From the NCBI GenBank assembly GCA_963765625.1, contig CAVXXD010000006.1, positions 371,990-435,989 on the forward strand: a stretch of 64,000 nt of DNA, in the 5' to 3' direction. Both the position numbers and the translations under genes were made by a program. This DNA comes from an uncultured bacterium. GTDB taxonomy: Bacteria; Actinomycetota; Geothermincolia; Geothermincolales; Geothermincolaceae. A model generated the notes under the pieces. The model was given only the letters and a program-made list of their open reading frames with translations, ran no database searches and was not told where the DNA came from. Positions 44,926 to 53,777 of this stretch are shown one piece after another; positions within the stretch are counted from its first letter, which is position 1, and each line of letters begins with the position of its first letter.

Positions 44926-46440
44926 ATGATGGAAGCACTCAACGAGAAGCTGCGCCACCTCTACAAGGCGATCGAAGACAGTGGTCTTTACATCAACCTG
45001 AACCACGACGTCCGTTTCCACGAGAAGATGGAGATACCCCTCAATCTGAACGAGACGGATACCATCGTCATCTCGGACGAGTCCTACAATTCTCCGCTAC
45101 TCTTCGCCATGCTCACCTCCGTGCTGCGCAACGGCACGATGATACTCTTCGGCTCGCCCGGCTCCGGCAAGACCACTTCGGCGGAGTTCGTCGGCGCTTT
45201 CGTCTACGGCAAGCTCTTAGAGGAAACAGCGTCGGCTTCCGGGGACGACTCGGGGGTGCTCGAGGCGATCCACGAGGCGACCATCCACGGCCACCAGGAG
45301 CTGACCGAGGAGAAGATGATCGCCCGGCCGCACCTGGGCAAGCTGATGCGCGAGGGCGAGGAGGAGATCATACCCCGCAAGTTCATGCAGTCCCCCTTCC
45401 GCATGGTCGACGAGGTGAACCGTCTGACCCCGGGACGCACCAACAACCTCCTCGAGATGATGGACCGCGGCTTCTCCGTCTACGGCGACGTGAAGATATA
45501 TGCGACCGAGGGAGTCACCTTCCTCACGGCCAACTTCAGGGATATTGCCTCCTCCGACCTGACCCCACCCTTCCTCGACCGGGTCGACGTCGGGGTATTC
45601 GCGCCCACCCTCAACCCCTACTTCCTGGAGATGGCGGGTGGCGGTGAGGACCGCAAGCTCACCGGCGATCTAGAGGCTTACCTGAAACGCCTGCGGGGCC
45701 AGGCCGAGGTCGAGCTCGACGCGGGCGACCTCGAGCGCATACGGCAGGAGATATCCGAGGTGCAGCTCGACCCGGAAGCCAGGTACATCCTCTATAACTT
45801 CATAGCCGAGATGAACGGGTGCGCGGCGGCTTCGACCGACCTCGAGCGCAAGAGCAAAGGCTTCGCGTGGTTCGTGAAGCCCCCCATCCTCTGCGCCCAG
45901 TTGGAAGACGACGCTTACGGAACCGACGAGGGGCAGCTGGGCGGCTGCCATTTCCATAATACCGAGAACATCTGTTACAAGACCGAGAACGAGGTGAGCG
46001 TCCGTTCGGGCAAGGCCATAGAGCGTTACGCCAAGGCACTGGCGTGGTTCAGGGGCAAGCAGCAGGCCGGGTTGGACGACCTGGAGGCGGTCGTCCCCTA
46101 CGCCCTCTGGTTCAAGCTCATCCCGACCGACCGCGCCTGGGCGCAGCAACCCGAGTACATGAACGACCGCATAGCCCTGGTGCGCGACCTCTTCGCCAGC
46201 TCGCGCAACCATTACATAAAGAGCCGCCACGTGGTGCAGGCACTCGACGCCTCCCTGCAGCTGTACGAGAGCGGCCTGGGCGGCGAGACGGTTAACGAAG
46301 AGCTCTTGCTCTCGGCCATCGCTTCTCTTAAGAACTACGACTCGCCCGCCAAATACCCCATAGCGACAATGCTGAGGCAGGCCTACCAGGAGCTTAAGGA
46401 CGGACGGGGCGCAGGCGTGGAGGACGGCCGGGAGGCCTGA
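44926..46440 (+). CDS. MoxR-like AAA+ ATPase with a Cys-containing insertion
   Basis: Walker A is LFGSPGSGKTT and Walker B is FRMVDEVNR. Also present are LTANFRD..PPFLDRV and the lid segment SVRSGKAIERYAKALAWF. A roughly 60-aa insert carries 4 Cys. A TATAAT -10 and a GAGGAGG SD lie upstream. Confidence 0.8.
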   Translation: MMEALNEKLRHLYKAIEDSGLYINLNHDVRFHEKMEIPLNLNETDTIVISDESYNSPLLFAMLTSVLRNGTMILFGSPGSGKTTSAEFVGAFVYGKLLEETASASGDDSGVLEAIHEATIHGHQELTEEKMIARPHLGKLMREGEEEIIPRKFMQSPFRMVDEVNRLTPGRTNNLLEMMDRGFSVYGDVKIYATEGVTFLTANFRDIASSDLTPPFLDRVDVGVFAPTLNPYFLEMAGGGEDRKLTGDLEAYLKRLRGQAEVELDAGDLERIRQEISEVQLDPEARYILYNFIAEMNGCAAASTDLERKSKGFAWFVKPPILCAQLEDDAYGTDEGQLGGCHFHNTENICYKTENEVSVRSGKAIERYAKALAWFRGKQQAGLDDLEAVVPYALWFKLIPTDRAWAQQPEYMNDRIALVRDLFASSRNHYIKSRHVVQALDASLQLYESGLGGETVNEELLLSAIASLKNYDSPAKYPIATMLRQAYQELKDGRGAGVEDGREA

Positions 46441-46446
46441 GGCGTC

Positions 46447-48048
46447 ATGCTCCTCCCCCCGCCGGAAGACCTGGAGGCGATGCTGGAGAGGGTGCGCTCC
46501 TTCTGCGGCAATCCCCGCATGATAGACCCTGAGTTCGTGACCGACCCGATGAACCACCCCTTCGCCGAGTACCTCGCCGGCAATTACGGGTACTTCGCCT
46601 GCTCGGAGAACCGCGTCTTCATCAACATCCTCGAGGTGCTGACGAGGCTGGGCGAGGAGAACATCGAGCCCCTCCTCGTCTACCAGTACCTCCACTACGC
46701 GCTGGCCCCGTTCGACATACGCACCGCCCTGCGGTTGACGATGGCTGCGAAGCTGGCGCTGGAGGAATCGGGACGGGAGGCGCACTTCGACGAGGCACGC
46801 TCTGTGCAGCGCCTCTTCTGCGACATCGTCTGCGTCACCTACGCCGCGAGACAGGGCCGGCTCGAGGATATGATTTCCCTCTACCAGGCGATCGACCGTG
46901 CGCAGGTGGCGCGAGGCGGCGGCGCCCAGGCCGACAGGCTCATGAAGTCGCTGCTCTGCCTCTACGAGGAGCTCTGGGAGTGCCGGGGGCGCCTGGCCGG
47001 GAACGTGGACGACGAGATGCGCGATGACGCGATAGCGCTGGCGACGCGCTTCCTCGAGAAGCCCTTCGCCGCGTCCGGCTGGGAGGCGAAGGTGAGGCTG
47101 CTGGCGAGCTATCTCCAGAAGTACTACGAGCAGCCGGGGCAGCTGGAGGGCGCACGCATCATGGAGCACGGCATAGACAACATGCGCTCGCGTGACACCC
47201 AGAAGATGCTGCGCAACCTGCCTTCCGGGATGGGGGTGGAGGACTTCAAGGACCTGGCGGGAGGCCTGGGGGAAGGCGAGGAGAAGGCGGCGCTGGTCTG
47301 GTACTACCGCGACCTGGCCAGGCGTTACGAGGTGCGCTTCAAGCCGGCGCGCAGCATCGGGGGCGAGGAGGTGCCTTACGCCCCTCGCAACTGGGGCATG
47401 GGCGACCCCTTCGACCGCCTCGACCTTCCTTATACCTTGTACACTACGGCAGTCGCTGTCCCGACGCTCACCACCAAGCAGTGGGAAAAGACCACGCTGC
47501 AGATAATACAGACGCGGCGCACGCCGCCGGACGTCCTGATAATCCTCGACGCCTCTTCCTCCATGACCAATCCGACCCTCAAGGTCTCCCACGCGGTGCT
47601 AGCGGGCTTCGTCATGGCCCGCAGCGCCATCAACCTGGGGGCCAAGGTTGGTTTAATCGTCTACTCCAACCAGCGCAAGAACCTGACGATCGACTTCACC
47701 TGGAACATGACGCCGATCGAGCGGGGGCTGGTCACGTATTACGGCGGAGGCACTGTCTTCCCGGTGAAGGACTTCCTCAAGATGGCGATGAAGGAGGCGC
47801 ACAGGCCGAGGCACTTCTGCCTCATATCCGATACCGAGATCGCCAACATCGAGGAGGCCGCGCAGTACCTGGGCCGCGCGCTCGAGGTGAATTTCGAGAA
47901 CTCCGGCTCGGTCTTCCTCATCGACCAGGACCGCAACCAGAAGGCGGAACTCATAAGGGAAGCAGGCTACGAGGTCTTCCCGGTGTCGCGTGGCGAGGAC
48001 CTGGTGCGGGTGGTGGCCGGCAAGGCGGAGGAGCTGTACGTATCGTGA
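46447..48048 (+). CDS. protein with an unassigned roughly 340-aa helical N-terminus and a C-terminal von Willebrand factor A domain
   Basis: The MIDAS motif is VLIILDASSSM (DxSxS), followed downstream by GGGT and ISDTE. The gene starts 6 nt after the MoxR stop. Confidence 0.8.
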   Translation: MLLPPPEDLEAMLERVRSFCGNPRMIDPEFVTDPMNHPFAEYLAGNYGYFACSENRVFINILEVLTRLGEENIEPLLVYQYLHYALAPFDIRTALRLTMAAKLALEESGREAHFDEARSVQRLFCDIVCVTYAARQGRLEDMISLYQAIDRAQVARGGGAQADRLMKSLLCLYEELWECRGRLAGNVDDEMRDDAIALATRFLEKPFAASGWEAKVRLLASYLQKYYEQPGQLEGARIMEHGIDNMRSRDTQKMLRNLPSGMGVEDFKDLAGGLGEGEEKAALVWYYRDLARRYEVRFKPARSIGGEEVPYAPRNWGMGDPFDRLDLPYTLYTTAVAVPTLTTKQWEKTTLQIIQTRRTPPDVLIILDASSSMTNPTLKVSHAVLAGFVMARSAINLGAKVGLIVYSNQRKNLTIDFTWNMTPIERGLVTYYGGGTVFPVKDFLKMAMKEAHRPRHFCLISDTEIANIEEAAQYLGRALEVNFENSGSVFLIDQDRNQKAELIREAGYEVFPVSRGEDLVRVVAGKAEELYVS

Positions 48049-48890
48049 AGCTCCCTAGGCACAGGCTGGCGAAGGGTTCCTCTTCCCTTTCGGACATGAT
48101 CAGGACCGACCGGCGCGAGGAGGAAGCGCGCGCCCGACACGCCCGCGATTTCGACCTGGGCGAGCTGATGCTCCAGGTGCGCTCGCGCGACAGCTTCGGC
48201 AAGGAGAGGGTGCGGCGGGCCATCCCGGCGCAAGAGGACGAGGAACTGGTCAAGGTGGTGGACCGGCTGTTGAAGGAAGCTTCCTCGTACTATTCGCGGA
48301 TGAATATGCAGTGGCAGCGCCAGCTGATCGGCTACCTGACGAGCCTTGGTGCCGAGGCGATGGCGAGACTGGGCCTGGGCGAGTTGGAGATACCTTCCTG
48401 CTTCGACTACGTCGGGCTGGAGGCGGACGGCACAGCGGGCCACAGTTTAGCGATAAAGGCCGAGGAGGTGGGAGACCACTGCGGGCTGAAGGCGTCTTTC
48501 CTCGTGTTGCGCGCCGGCAAGGTCGGCGATCATTGCTTCACCCACTCCGACTCCTGCATGGTGGTCTCGGGCCGGGCCGGGCACTTCCTGGGCGAGCGGT
48601 CGCAGGGGATGCGCGTTCGTGCCGGCGAGGTGGGCGACTGGCTGCTGCTGGAGTCGAAGGGGGCGCGGGCCGAGGTGAGGCGGGCCGGGAGGCTGGCCGG
48701 GTTGGACTCACACGACCTGGAGATGCACGTGGATTACGCCTCTTACGAGCTCGGCGCCCGCTCCTTCAACGCCACCATCTACGTCTACCGCGGCGTGCTC
48801 AGCATGGGCCTATCCGGCAACGGCGTCGTCTACCTGGCGCCGGAGATCGGCCCCGTCCGCACCTGCTTCGAGATGCGCCCCCTCCCCTGA
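48045..48890 (+). CDS. hypothetical protein with a predicted beta-solenoid C-terminal half
   Basis: A GTGA start/stop overlap links it to the VWA gene. About seven consecutive 18-aa units are present (AIKAEEVGDHCGLKASF / LVLRAGKVGDHCFTHSDSC / MVVSGRAGHFLGERSQGM / RVRAGEVGDWLLLESKGA ...), reminiscent of bactofilin or MinC-type beta-helices. Confidence 0.6.
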   Translation: MKLPRHRLAKGSSSLSDMIRTDRREEEARARHARDFDLGELMLQVRSRDSFGKERVRRAIPAQEDEELVKVVDRLLKEASSYYSRMNMQWQRQLIGYLTSLGAEAMARLGLGELEIPSCFDYVGLEADGTAGHSLAIKAEEVGDHCGLKASFLVLRAGKVGDHCFTHSDSCMVVSGRAGHFLGERSQGMRVRAGEVGDWLLLESKGARAEVRRAGRLAGLDSHDLEMHVDYASYELGARSFNATIYVYRGVLSMGLSGNGVVYLAPEIGPVRTCFEMRPLP

Positions 48891-49083
48891 CTCCCCCTTT
48901 TTTCTACGTACCGAACTGGGTTTCACTGAAGGTGATCGCATGACAGTCGAAAGCATTGCATCATCTACCAACTCCAACACCCTGCCACCGAGAAACGCTG
49001 TTGCCTTTCTTAGCGGTAAGATATTGGCTAGAAGGAGAGCAGATGCAAGATGTTCGTTTAGCCTAACAAGGAAGGGGGGTCGG

Positions 49084-50751
49084 GTGGAAACACCGGAGTG
49101 GTGGCGCGAGGCGGTCTTTTATCAGGTGTACGTGCGCAGCTTCCTCGACTCGGATTCAGACGGGGTAGGAGACCTTCCCGGGCTCATCGGCAAGTTGGAC
49201 TACCTGAAGTCCCTGGGGGTGGACGCCCTCTGGCTCACCCCCGTCCATCCCTCGCCCGACCGCGACTTCGGTTATGACGTCAGCGACTACCTCTCCATCC
49301 ACCCGGCCTATGGCGGCATGGGCGACTTCGAACGGCTGCTGGCTGAGGCGCATGCCCGCGGCATCCGGGTCATCCTGGATTTCGTCCTCAATCACACCTC
49401 CGAGGAGCACCCCTGGTTCATCGAGTCCCGTTCATCGCGGGACAACCCCTGGCGCGACTGGTATATCTGGCGGGACGGGAGACCGTCAGGCAGGCCTCCC
49501 AACCGTTGGATGAACCGGGTCTTCGGCAGCGCCTGGGAGTTTGACCCCCGCACCGGCCTGTATTATTACCACGCCTTCTTACGCTGCCAGCCCGACCTCG
49601 ACTGGCGCAACCCCGAGGTGAGGGAAGCCATGTTCGAGACGGCCCGCTTCTGGCTAGACCGGGGGGTGGACGGCTTCCGCCTGGACCTGGTCAATCACCT
49701 GGTGGAGGACGACCGGCTGCGGGACAACCCGTGGCGCAATCCCCTGCGGGGATTCCGGGGTGTCCAGCAATTAGTCCCCTACGAGTGGCAGGAGCACCTC
49801 TGGGACCGGGACCGCCCCGAGACCCACCAGGTCCTAAGGGAACTGCGCCGGGTGACTGAGGAATACCCTGAGCGGGTGCTGGTGGGCGAGGCGGCCACCT
49901 TCGAACGCGAAGCCGCCGCGGCCTTCTACGGCCAGGGAGGTGACGAACTCCAGCTGGTCTTCAACTTCGACTACTTCACATGCCCCTTCTCAGCGCAGGC
50001 GTGGCGGAGGGCGGTAGAGGGGTGGGAGCGGGCGCTGCCCGAGGGAGCCTGGCCTTGCCTGGCCCTCTCCAACCACGACCAGCCCCGGCACGCCGGCCGC
50101 TTCGGCGGCAGCTTCCTGGGCTACGGCGCCTCGCGCTTCGCGCCCTGGCGTGCGCGGGTGGCGGCGACCCTGCTGCTCACGCTGCGGGGCACGCCTTTCC
50201 TCTACTACGGCGAGGAGATCGGCATGCCCAACGCGCCGGTGTGGCCATGGGAGGTGCGAGACCCGGCGGGGCGCATCGCCTGGCCGATCTACCAGGGGCG
50301 AGATATGTGCCGCACCCCCATGCGCTGGGACTCCACGCCCAGTGCTGGCTTCAGCAACGGGCGTCCCTGGCTCAGGCCGGGGCCGATGCCCGCGGAGGGC
50401 GGCGTGGCCGAGCAGGAGCGCGACCCCCACTCCCTGCTCAACTGCTACCGTGAGCTCATCCGCCTGCGCCGGTCGCGGCCGGCGTTCCGCCTCGGTGAGC
50501 AGCATTTCGTTGAGCAGGTGCCACGGGGCTGCCTGGCCTGGCTGAGGGAGCACGAAGACGACGCGGTGCTGGTGGTCCTGAACTTCAAGCCCGGCGCCAG
50601 CAACCTCGGTGAGCTGCTGGATGATCCGCTTGTCGGGCGCTTCTCGCGGTGCCGGGTGCTTTTCAGCTCCTACGGACGGCCTCCCGAACCCGTCGACCTG
50701 CGATGCGCCAAGCTGCTGCCCCACGAGGCCCTGGTACTCGAGCCCGCCTGA
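49084..50751 (+). CDS. GH13 alpha-glucosidase / oligo-1,6-glucosidase-like
   Basis: The motifs are WWREAVFYQVYVRSF.DS..DGVGDL, DFVLNHTS, GVDGFRLDLV, VGEA and SNHDQPR (GH13 conserved regions I-IV). The likely start is the GTG at 49084, following GAAGGGGGG. Confidence 0.9.
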   Translation: METPEWWREAVFYQVYVRSFLDSDSDGVGDLPGLIGKLDYLKSLGVDALWLTPVHPSPDRDFGYDVSDYLSIHPAYGGMGDFERLLAEAHARGIRVILDFVLNHTSEEHPWFIESRSSRDNPWRDWYIWRDGRPSGRPPNRWMNRVFGSAWEFDPRTGLYYYHAFLRCQPDLDWRNPEVREAMFETARFWLDRGVDGFRLDLVNHLVEDDRLRDNPWRNPLRGFRGVQQLVPYEWQEHLWDRDRPETHQVLRELRRVTEEYPERVLVGEAATFEREAAAAFYGQGGDELQLVFNFDYFTCPFSAQAWRRAVEGWERALPEGAWPCLALSNHDQPRHAGRFGGSFLGYGASRFAPWRARVAATLLLTLRGTPFLYYGEEIGMPNAPVWPWEVRDPAGRIAWPIYQGRDMCRTPMRWDSTPSAGFSNGRPWLRPGPMPAEGGVAEQERDPHSLLNCYRELIRLRRSRPAFRLGEQHFVEQVPRGCLAWLREHEDDAVLVVLNFKPGASNLGELLDDPLVGRFSRCRVLFSSYGRPPEPVDLRCAKLLPHEALVLEPA

Positions 50752-50779
50752 TAGCCCGTCAAACCGGGGGGCTTTGACA

Positions 50780-50797
50780 CCCAACGGTTTTCAAGAC
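50780..50797. repeat. 18-nt direct repeat of the tRNA-Ser anticodon-arm region (att-like)
   Basis: The sequence CCCAACGGTTTTCAAGAC is identical to the corresponding segment inside the tRNA-Ser gene at 55145-55232, in the same orientation. Confidence 0.45.
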
Positions 50798-50806
50798 ATC
50801 TGGACT

Positions 50807-51151
50807 CTACACGTCCTTGGAAATGAGTTCCGCAACGTTGTCTCTCAGGGACGGGATATCTTCCTGTACCGTTTGCCAGATTATCTCGAGATCAACTCCA
50901 AAATACTCATGAATGAGCTTATTCCGCATGCTCATCATCTTCTCCCAAGGAATCAAGGGGTTCTCTTCCTTGACGGAGTCCGGAATGGTTCTTGCAGATT
51001 CACCTATGACCTCGATGCTCCTGATAACCGCATTGACAGTCTTCTTATCTTCAGCGAAGCTCTTATAACTCATGCCCTTGATGAAGCTTTGGATGTCATC
51101 GATTGATTCGAGGATATCTTGAAGATAGTCGAGATAGTCTCTGCGCCTCAT
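50807..51151 (-). CDS. hepT: HepT-type (DUF86) RNase toxin
   Basis: The motifs are AVIRSIEVIGESA and SMRNKLIHEYFGVDLEIIW (Rx4HxY). It overlaps the upstream antitoxin gene by 4 nt. Confidence 0.85.
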   Translation of the reverse strand: MRRRDYLDYLQDILESIDDIQSFIKGMSYKSFAEDKKTVNAVIRSIEVIGESARTIPDSVKEENPLIPWEKMMSMRNKLIHEYFGVDLEIIWQTVQEDIPSLRDNVAELISKDV

Positions 51152-51456
51152 ACTGGGACCATTTCCTGAAGGATGCTTTGGCCTATTCTCGGCTTCAATG
51201 CCTTCTTGGATACCAGGTCGACTTTCACGCCTAATGTGTTGGAGAGGTATTCCTCAAGCTCAATAAACTGGAAAAGTCCGATCGGTTTGCTGAACTCCAC
51301 CAGGATATCGAGATCGCTTTCCTCGCCTTGTTCACCCTTTACGTATGAACCAAACAAGGCGATCTCTTTAACAGAGTAGTCCCCCTTTAAGACCCCTTTT
51401 TTCTCTTTAATGATTCCCTTAAGCTCTTCGATATTCTTCATCGTTCCGCCATCCAA
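51148..51456 (-). CDS. mntA: MntA-type nucleotidyltransferase antitoxin
   Basis: The segment LFGSYVKGEQGEESDLDILV carries the GSx10-DxD minimal nucleotidyltransferase motif. Confidence 0.85.
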   Translation of the reverse strand: MDGGTMKNIEELKGIIKEKKGVLKGDYSVKEIALFGSYVKGEQGEESDLDILVEFSKPIGLFQFIELEEYLSNTLGVKVDLVSKKALKPRIGQSILQEMVPV

Positions 51457-51530
51457 TCAGGCTAGTCTTTCTTGTTATTGATTATACAGCAACTCCATGA
51501 AGCGGGGCTTGCTTCGAAGTGCCTAAATAG

Positions 51531-51586
51531 TGGCGGAGGGGCCGGGATTCGAACCCGGGGGACCTTGCGGCCCAACGATTTTCAAG
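51531..51586 (-). repeat. partial copy (3' half, 56 nt, 2 mismatches) of tRNA-Ser(UGA)
   Basis: The sequence is TGGCGGAGGGGCCGGGATTCGAACCCGGGGGACCTTgCGGCCCAACGaTTTTCAAG. It ends in the anticodon loop. About 25 nt of flank 3' of the tRNA is also similar. Confidence 0.75.
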
Positions 51587-52046
51587 TGCTGGAACGTTTC
51601 GATTATGTAATTGCTGGTCAGACGGCAAATCGCTGACCTGCGGGTTTATGGGGCCGACTCGCCTGGAGTCAGCTTGAGTTACCCTGAAGCTCCTCCTCTG
51701 GGTAGCAGTTTGGGTAGCAGTCAGGTCGCAGTTCTATCTATGGCTTTTCTTCCAGAAACGCTTGGAAATGACCTATATAGAGGTATACCCTTGAGCATTT
51801 TCGCCCGTTCTGAAGGTCTAAATACCCCCTGGGAAGAAATTTCTGAGGAAGCCTGAGTAGCATCTCCATGAATGGAATCATCTTCGAAGGTTATCCTGCT
51901 GGACGGTATAATGTTGACAGTGGGCATATGCAAAATGTTCGATATAGGGCTTTCTCTCTACGTGCATCGTATTGGGGGTGATCGATGAGCTAATCGGGCA
52001 AGAATCATTTGACCAAGAAAGTGATCCTATCCAGGAGGTGGAGGAA

Positions 52047-52364
52047 ATGAGAATTTTAGTCACGCACATCTATCCCACAGCATTGCTTGGAGAGTATGTA
52101 ACGGCAGCGCTCAAGAACTGGCAGGAAAACCCCTTTCCCAGCTTTGTGAAGATGATAGGCCCCTTCTTCACAGTTGGTGAAGAAGGGCATAAATGCTACA
52201 CCATTCTCGAGATCGATAAGGGTAAAGAGGACGAAGCTTTCCAGATCATCAATAAACGCATAATAAATTTCTACCCGATTCAAGGCTTCAGGCACAGAGA
52301 AGAGAGATTGGCGACCATGGAGGAAGGCGCTGCATTGTTAAATATTGAAGCACCCTCACGCTAG
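52047..52364 (+). CDS. hypothetical 105-aa protein
   Basis: The ATG at 52047 follows CAGGAGGTGGAGG. The region has lower GC than the rest of the window. I recognise no family. Confidence 0.5.
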   Translation: MRILVTHIYPTALLGEYVTAALKNWQENPFPSFVKMIGPFFTVGEEGHKCYTILEIDKGKEDEAFQIINKRIINFYPIQGFRHREERLATMEEGAALLNIEAPSR

Positions 52365-52381
52365 ACTCCAGAGGAACCTAT

Positions 52382-52657
52382 ATGCATGAGAGCCAGTGGC
52401 CCTTACTGGTCGGGTCAATTTATTCTTTTATTTTGAGCATAGTGTTCTGGGTAGTCCTCCGCCCAAAGGTAGGAACATGGAAACCAAAGCCTGATGGGTA
52501 TGCTCACAAATTATTTAAACCGTTCGAAATGACAGGCAAGCAATACGATGAGGGGTACTTAAAATTTGCCAAATCTCATATTTCCTTTATGGGCATCTTC
52601 TTTTTCATCATGAGCATTGTTATGATGGTTGGTTTTGTAGCCATGTTCTTTAAGTAA
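52382..52657 (+). CDS. hypothetical 91-aa membrane protein
   Basis: Two predicted TM helices are present (LLVGSIYSFILSIVFWVVL and FMGIFFFIMSIVMMVGFVAMFF). The region has low GC. Confidence 0.5.
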   Translation: MHESQWPLLVGSIYSFILSIVFWVVLRPKVGTWKPKPDGYAHKLFKPFEMTGKQYDEGYLKFAKSHISFMGIFFFIMSIVMMVGFVAMFFK

Positions 52658-52741
52658 GCCTAATTCGCCTTGAACATCCTCCCGTGGGTAGCAGTCTGGT
52701 TAGCGGTCGTGATTTCGATCTTTTGCTTGCATGGGTGAAAG

Positions 52742-52797
52742 TGGCGGAGGGGCCGGGATTCGAACCCGGGGGACCTTACGGCCCAACGGTTTTCAAG
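52742..52797 (-). repeat. partial copy (3' half, 56 nt, 1 mismatch) of tRNA-Ser(UGA)
   Basis: The sequence is TGGCGGAGGGGCCGGGATTCGAACCCGGGGGACCTTaCGGCCCAACGGTTTTCAAG. After CAAG it diverges in the same way (TGC) as the copy at 51531. Confidence 0.75.
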
Positions 52798-52940
52798 TGC
52801 GGCAAAAGTTCATTCCTGAATAGAATATCGCTAATAAAAGCGGGGCTGCATAGAAGAGAGGCGCCTATTATCTCAACATAACGGCTTTCATATATTGAAG
52901 AAACTCTAATCTTCGTTGGCCCTCTTCATTATCCTCATAT

Positions 52941-53777
52941 TCATCTCCCGGAAATATGACTCCGGCCACGCTTCGACTTTCCCTTATCTGGACGAAACAC
53001 GTCTCGGCGCAATATGCCGTAGGCGTCGAAGCTGGAGCGTACGGTGAAGAGCACAGTGAGGGAAACGCTCAGGGTCACCGAAACGAAGATCACCACCATG
53101 ATGGCCAGCTGATACTTGATGGCGGTAATCGGGCTGGAGCCGCCGAGTATCTGGCCGGTCATCATGCCGGGCAGGAAAACCAGGCCGATGGTGGCCATAT
53201 TGGCGATGGTCGGGCGCAGGGCAGTTGTGAGCGACTGGCGGAAGTAGGGTACCAGGGCTTCGAAGCGGCTTGCCCCGAGGGCCAGGTCGTAACGGTAGCG
53301 GTTATCGTCGCGCCGGATGCTCTGGTAGAACTGGCTGATGCCGACAATGTTTCCGCCCAGGCAGTTGCCCAGCAGCATTCCTCCGACAGCGATGAGGTAC
53401 CTGGCGTCAAGGATGTCGTCCAGGCGGACCACCACGGCGTTGAAGTAGAGCAGGACCGCCAGGGTGGAGAGGACGAAGGATGCCATCGTCGGCAGGACGA
53501 AACGGCGGCGACTGAGCTTGCTGGATCCGATGACCGAGAAGGCGGCGAAGATGATCATGACCAGCACCCAGGCCAGGTTTATCCAGCCATTGTTCAGATT
53601 GAAAAGGTACTCCAGGAAGATTCCGACCAGTACCAGCTGCACTGTCATGCGCAGCAGTGAGACAACCGTGTCCCTGGCGATCCTGACCTTGAGGGCGAGA
53701 AAGACGGCAAGGGGGATCACCATCAGCAGCAGGCACAGCGCCAGCGAAAGGTAGGAGATGTCCTGCGCTCCCATCAC
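52941..53777 (-). CDS. ABC transporter permease of the UPF0014/FetB (YbbM) type
   Basis: This is a polytopic protein with the pattern ..MTVQLVLVGIFLEYLF..GGMLLGN..ALGAS..ATIGLVFLPGMMTGQILGG. Confidence 0.75.
   Translation of the reverse strand: MMGAQDISYLSLALCLLLMVIPLAVFLALKVRIARDTVVSLLRMTVQLVLVGIFLEYLFNLNNGWINLAWVLVMIIFAAFSVIGSSKLSRRRFVLPTMASFVLSTLAVLLYFNAVVVRLDDILDARYLIAVGGMLLGNCLGGNIVGISQFYQSIRRDDNRYRYDLALGASRFEALVPYFRQSLTTALRPTIANMATIGLVFLPGMMTGQILGGSSPITAIKYQLAIMVVIFVSVTLSVSLTVLFTVRSSFDAYGILRRDVFRPDKGKSKRGRSHISGR

Noticed and set aside
45670-47592. 640-aa minus-strand ORF
   Set aside because: It is antisense to the MoxR-like and VWA genes and spans their junction. Its product is R/L/V/G-rich with no recognisable motifs. 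The plus-strand genes have clear Walker and MIDAS motifs and SD sequences.
48940-49083. N-terminal 48-aa extension of the GH13 ORF
   Set aside because: The extension has no signal-peptide or GH13 similarity. The canonical GH13 N-terminus (WWREAVFYQVY) begins right after an internal GTG at 49084, which has a G-rich SD.
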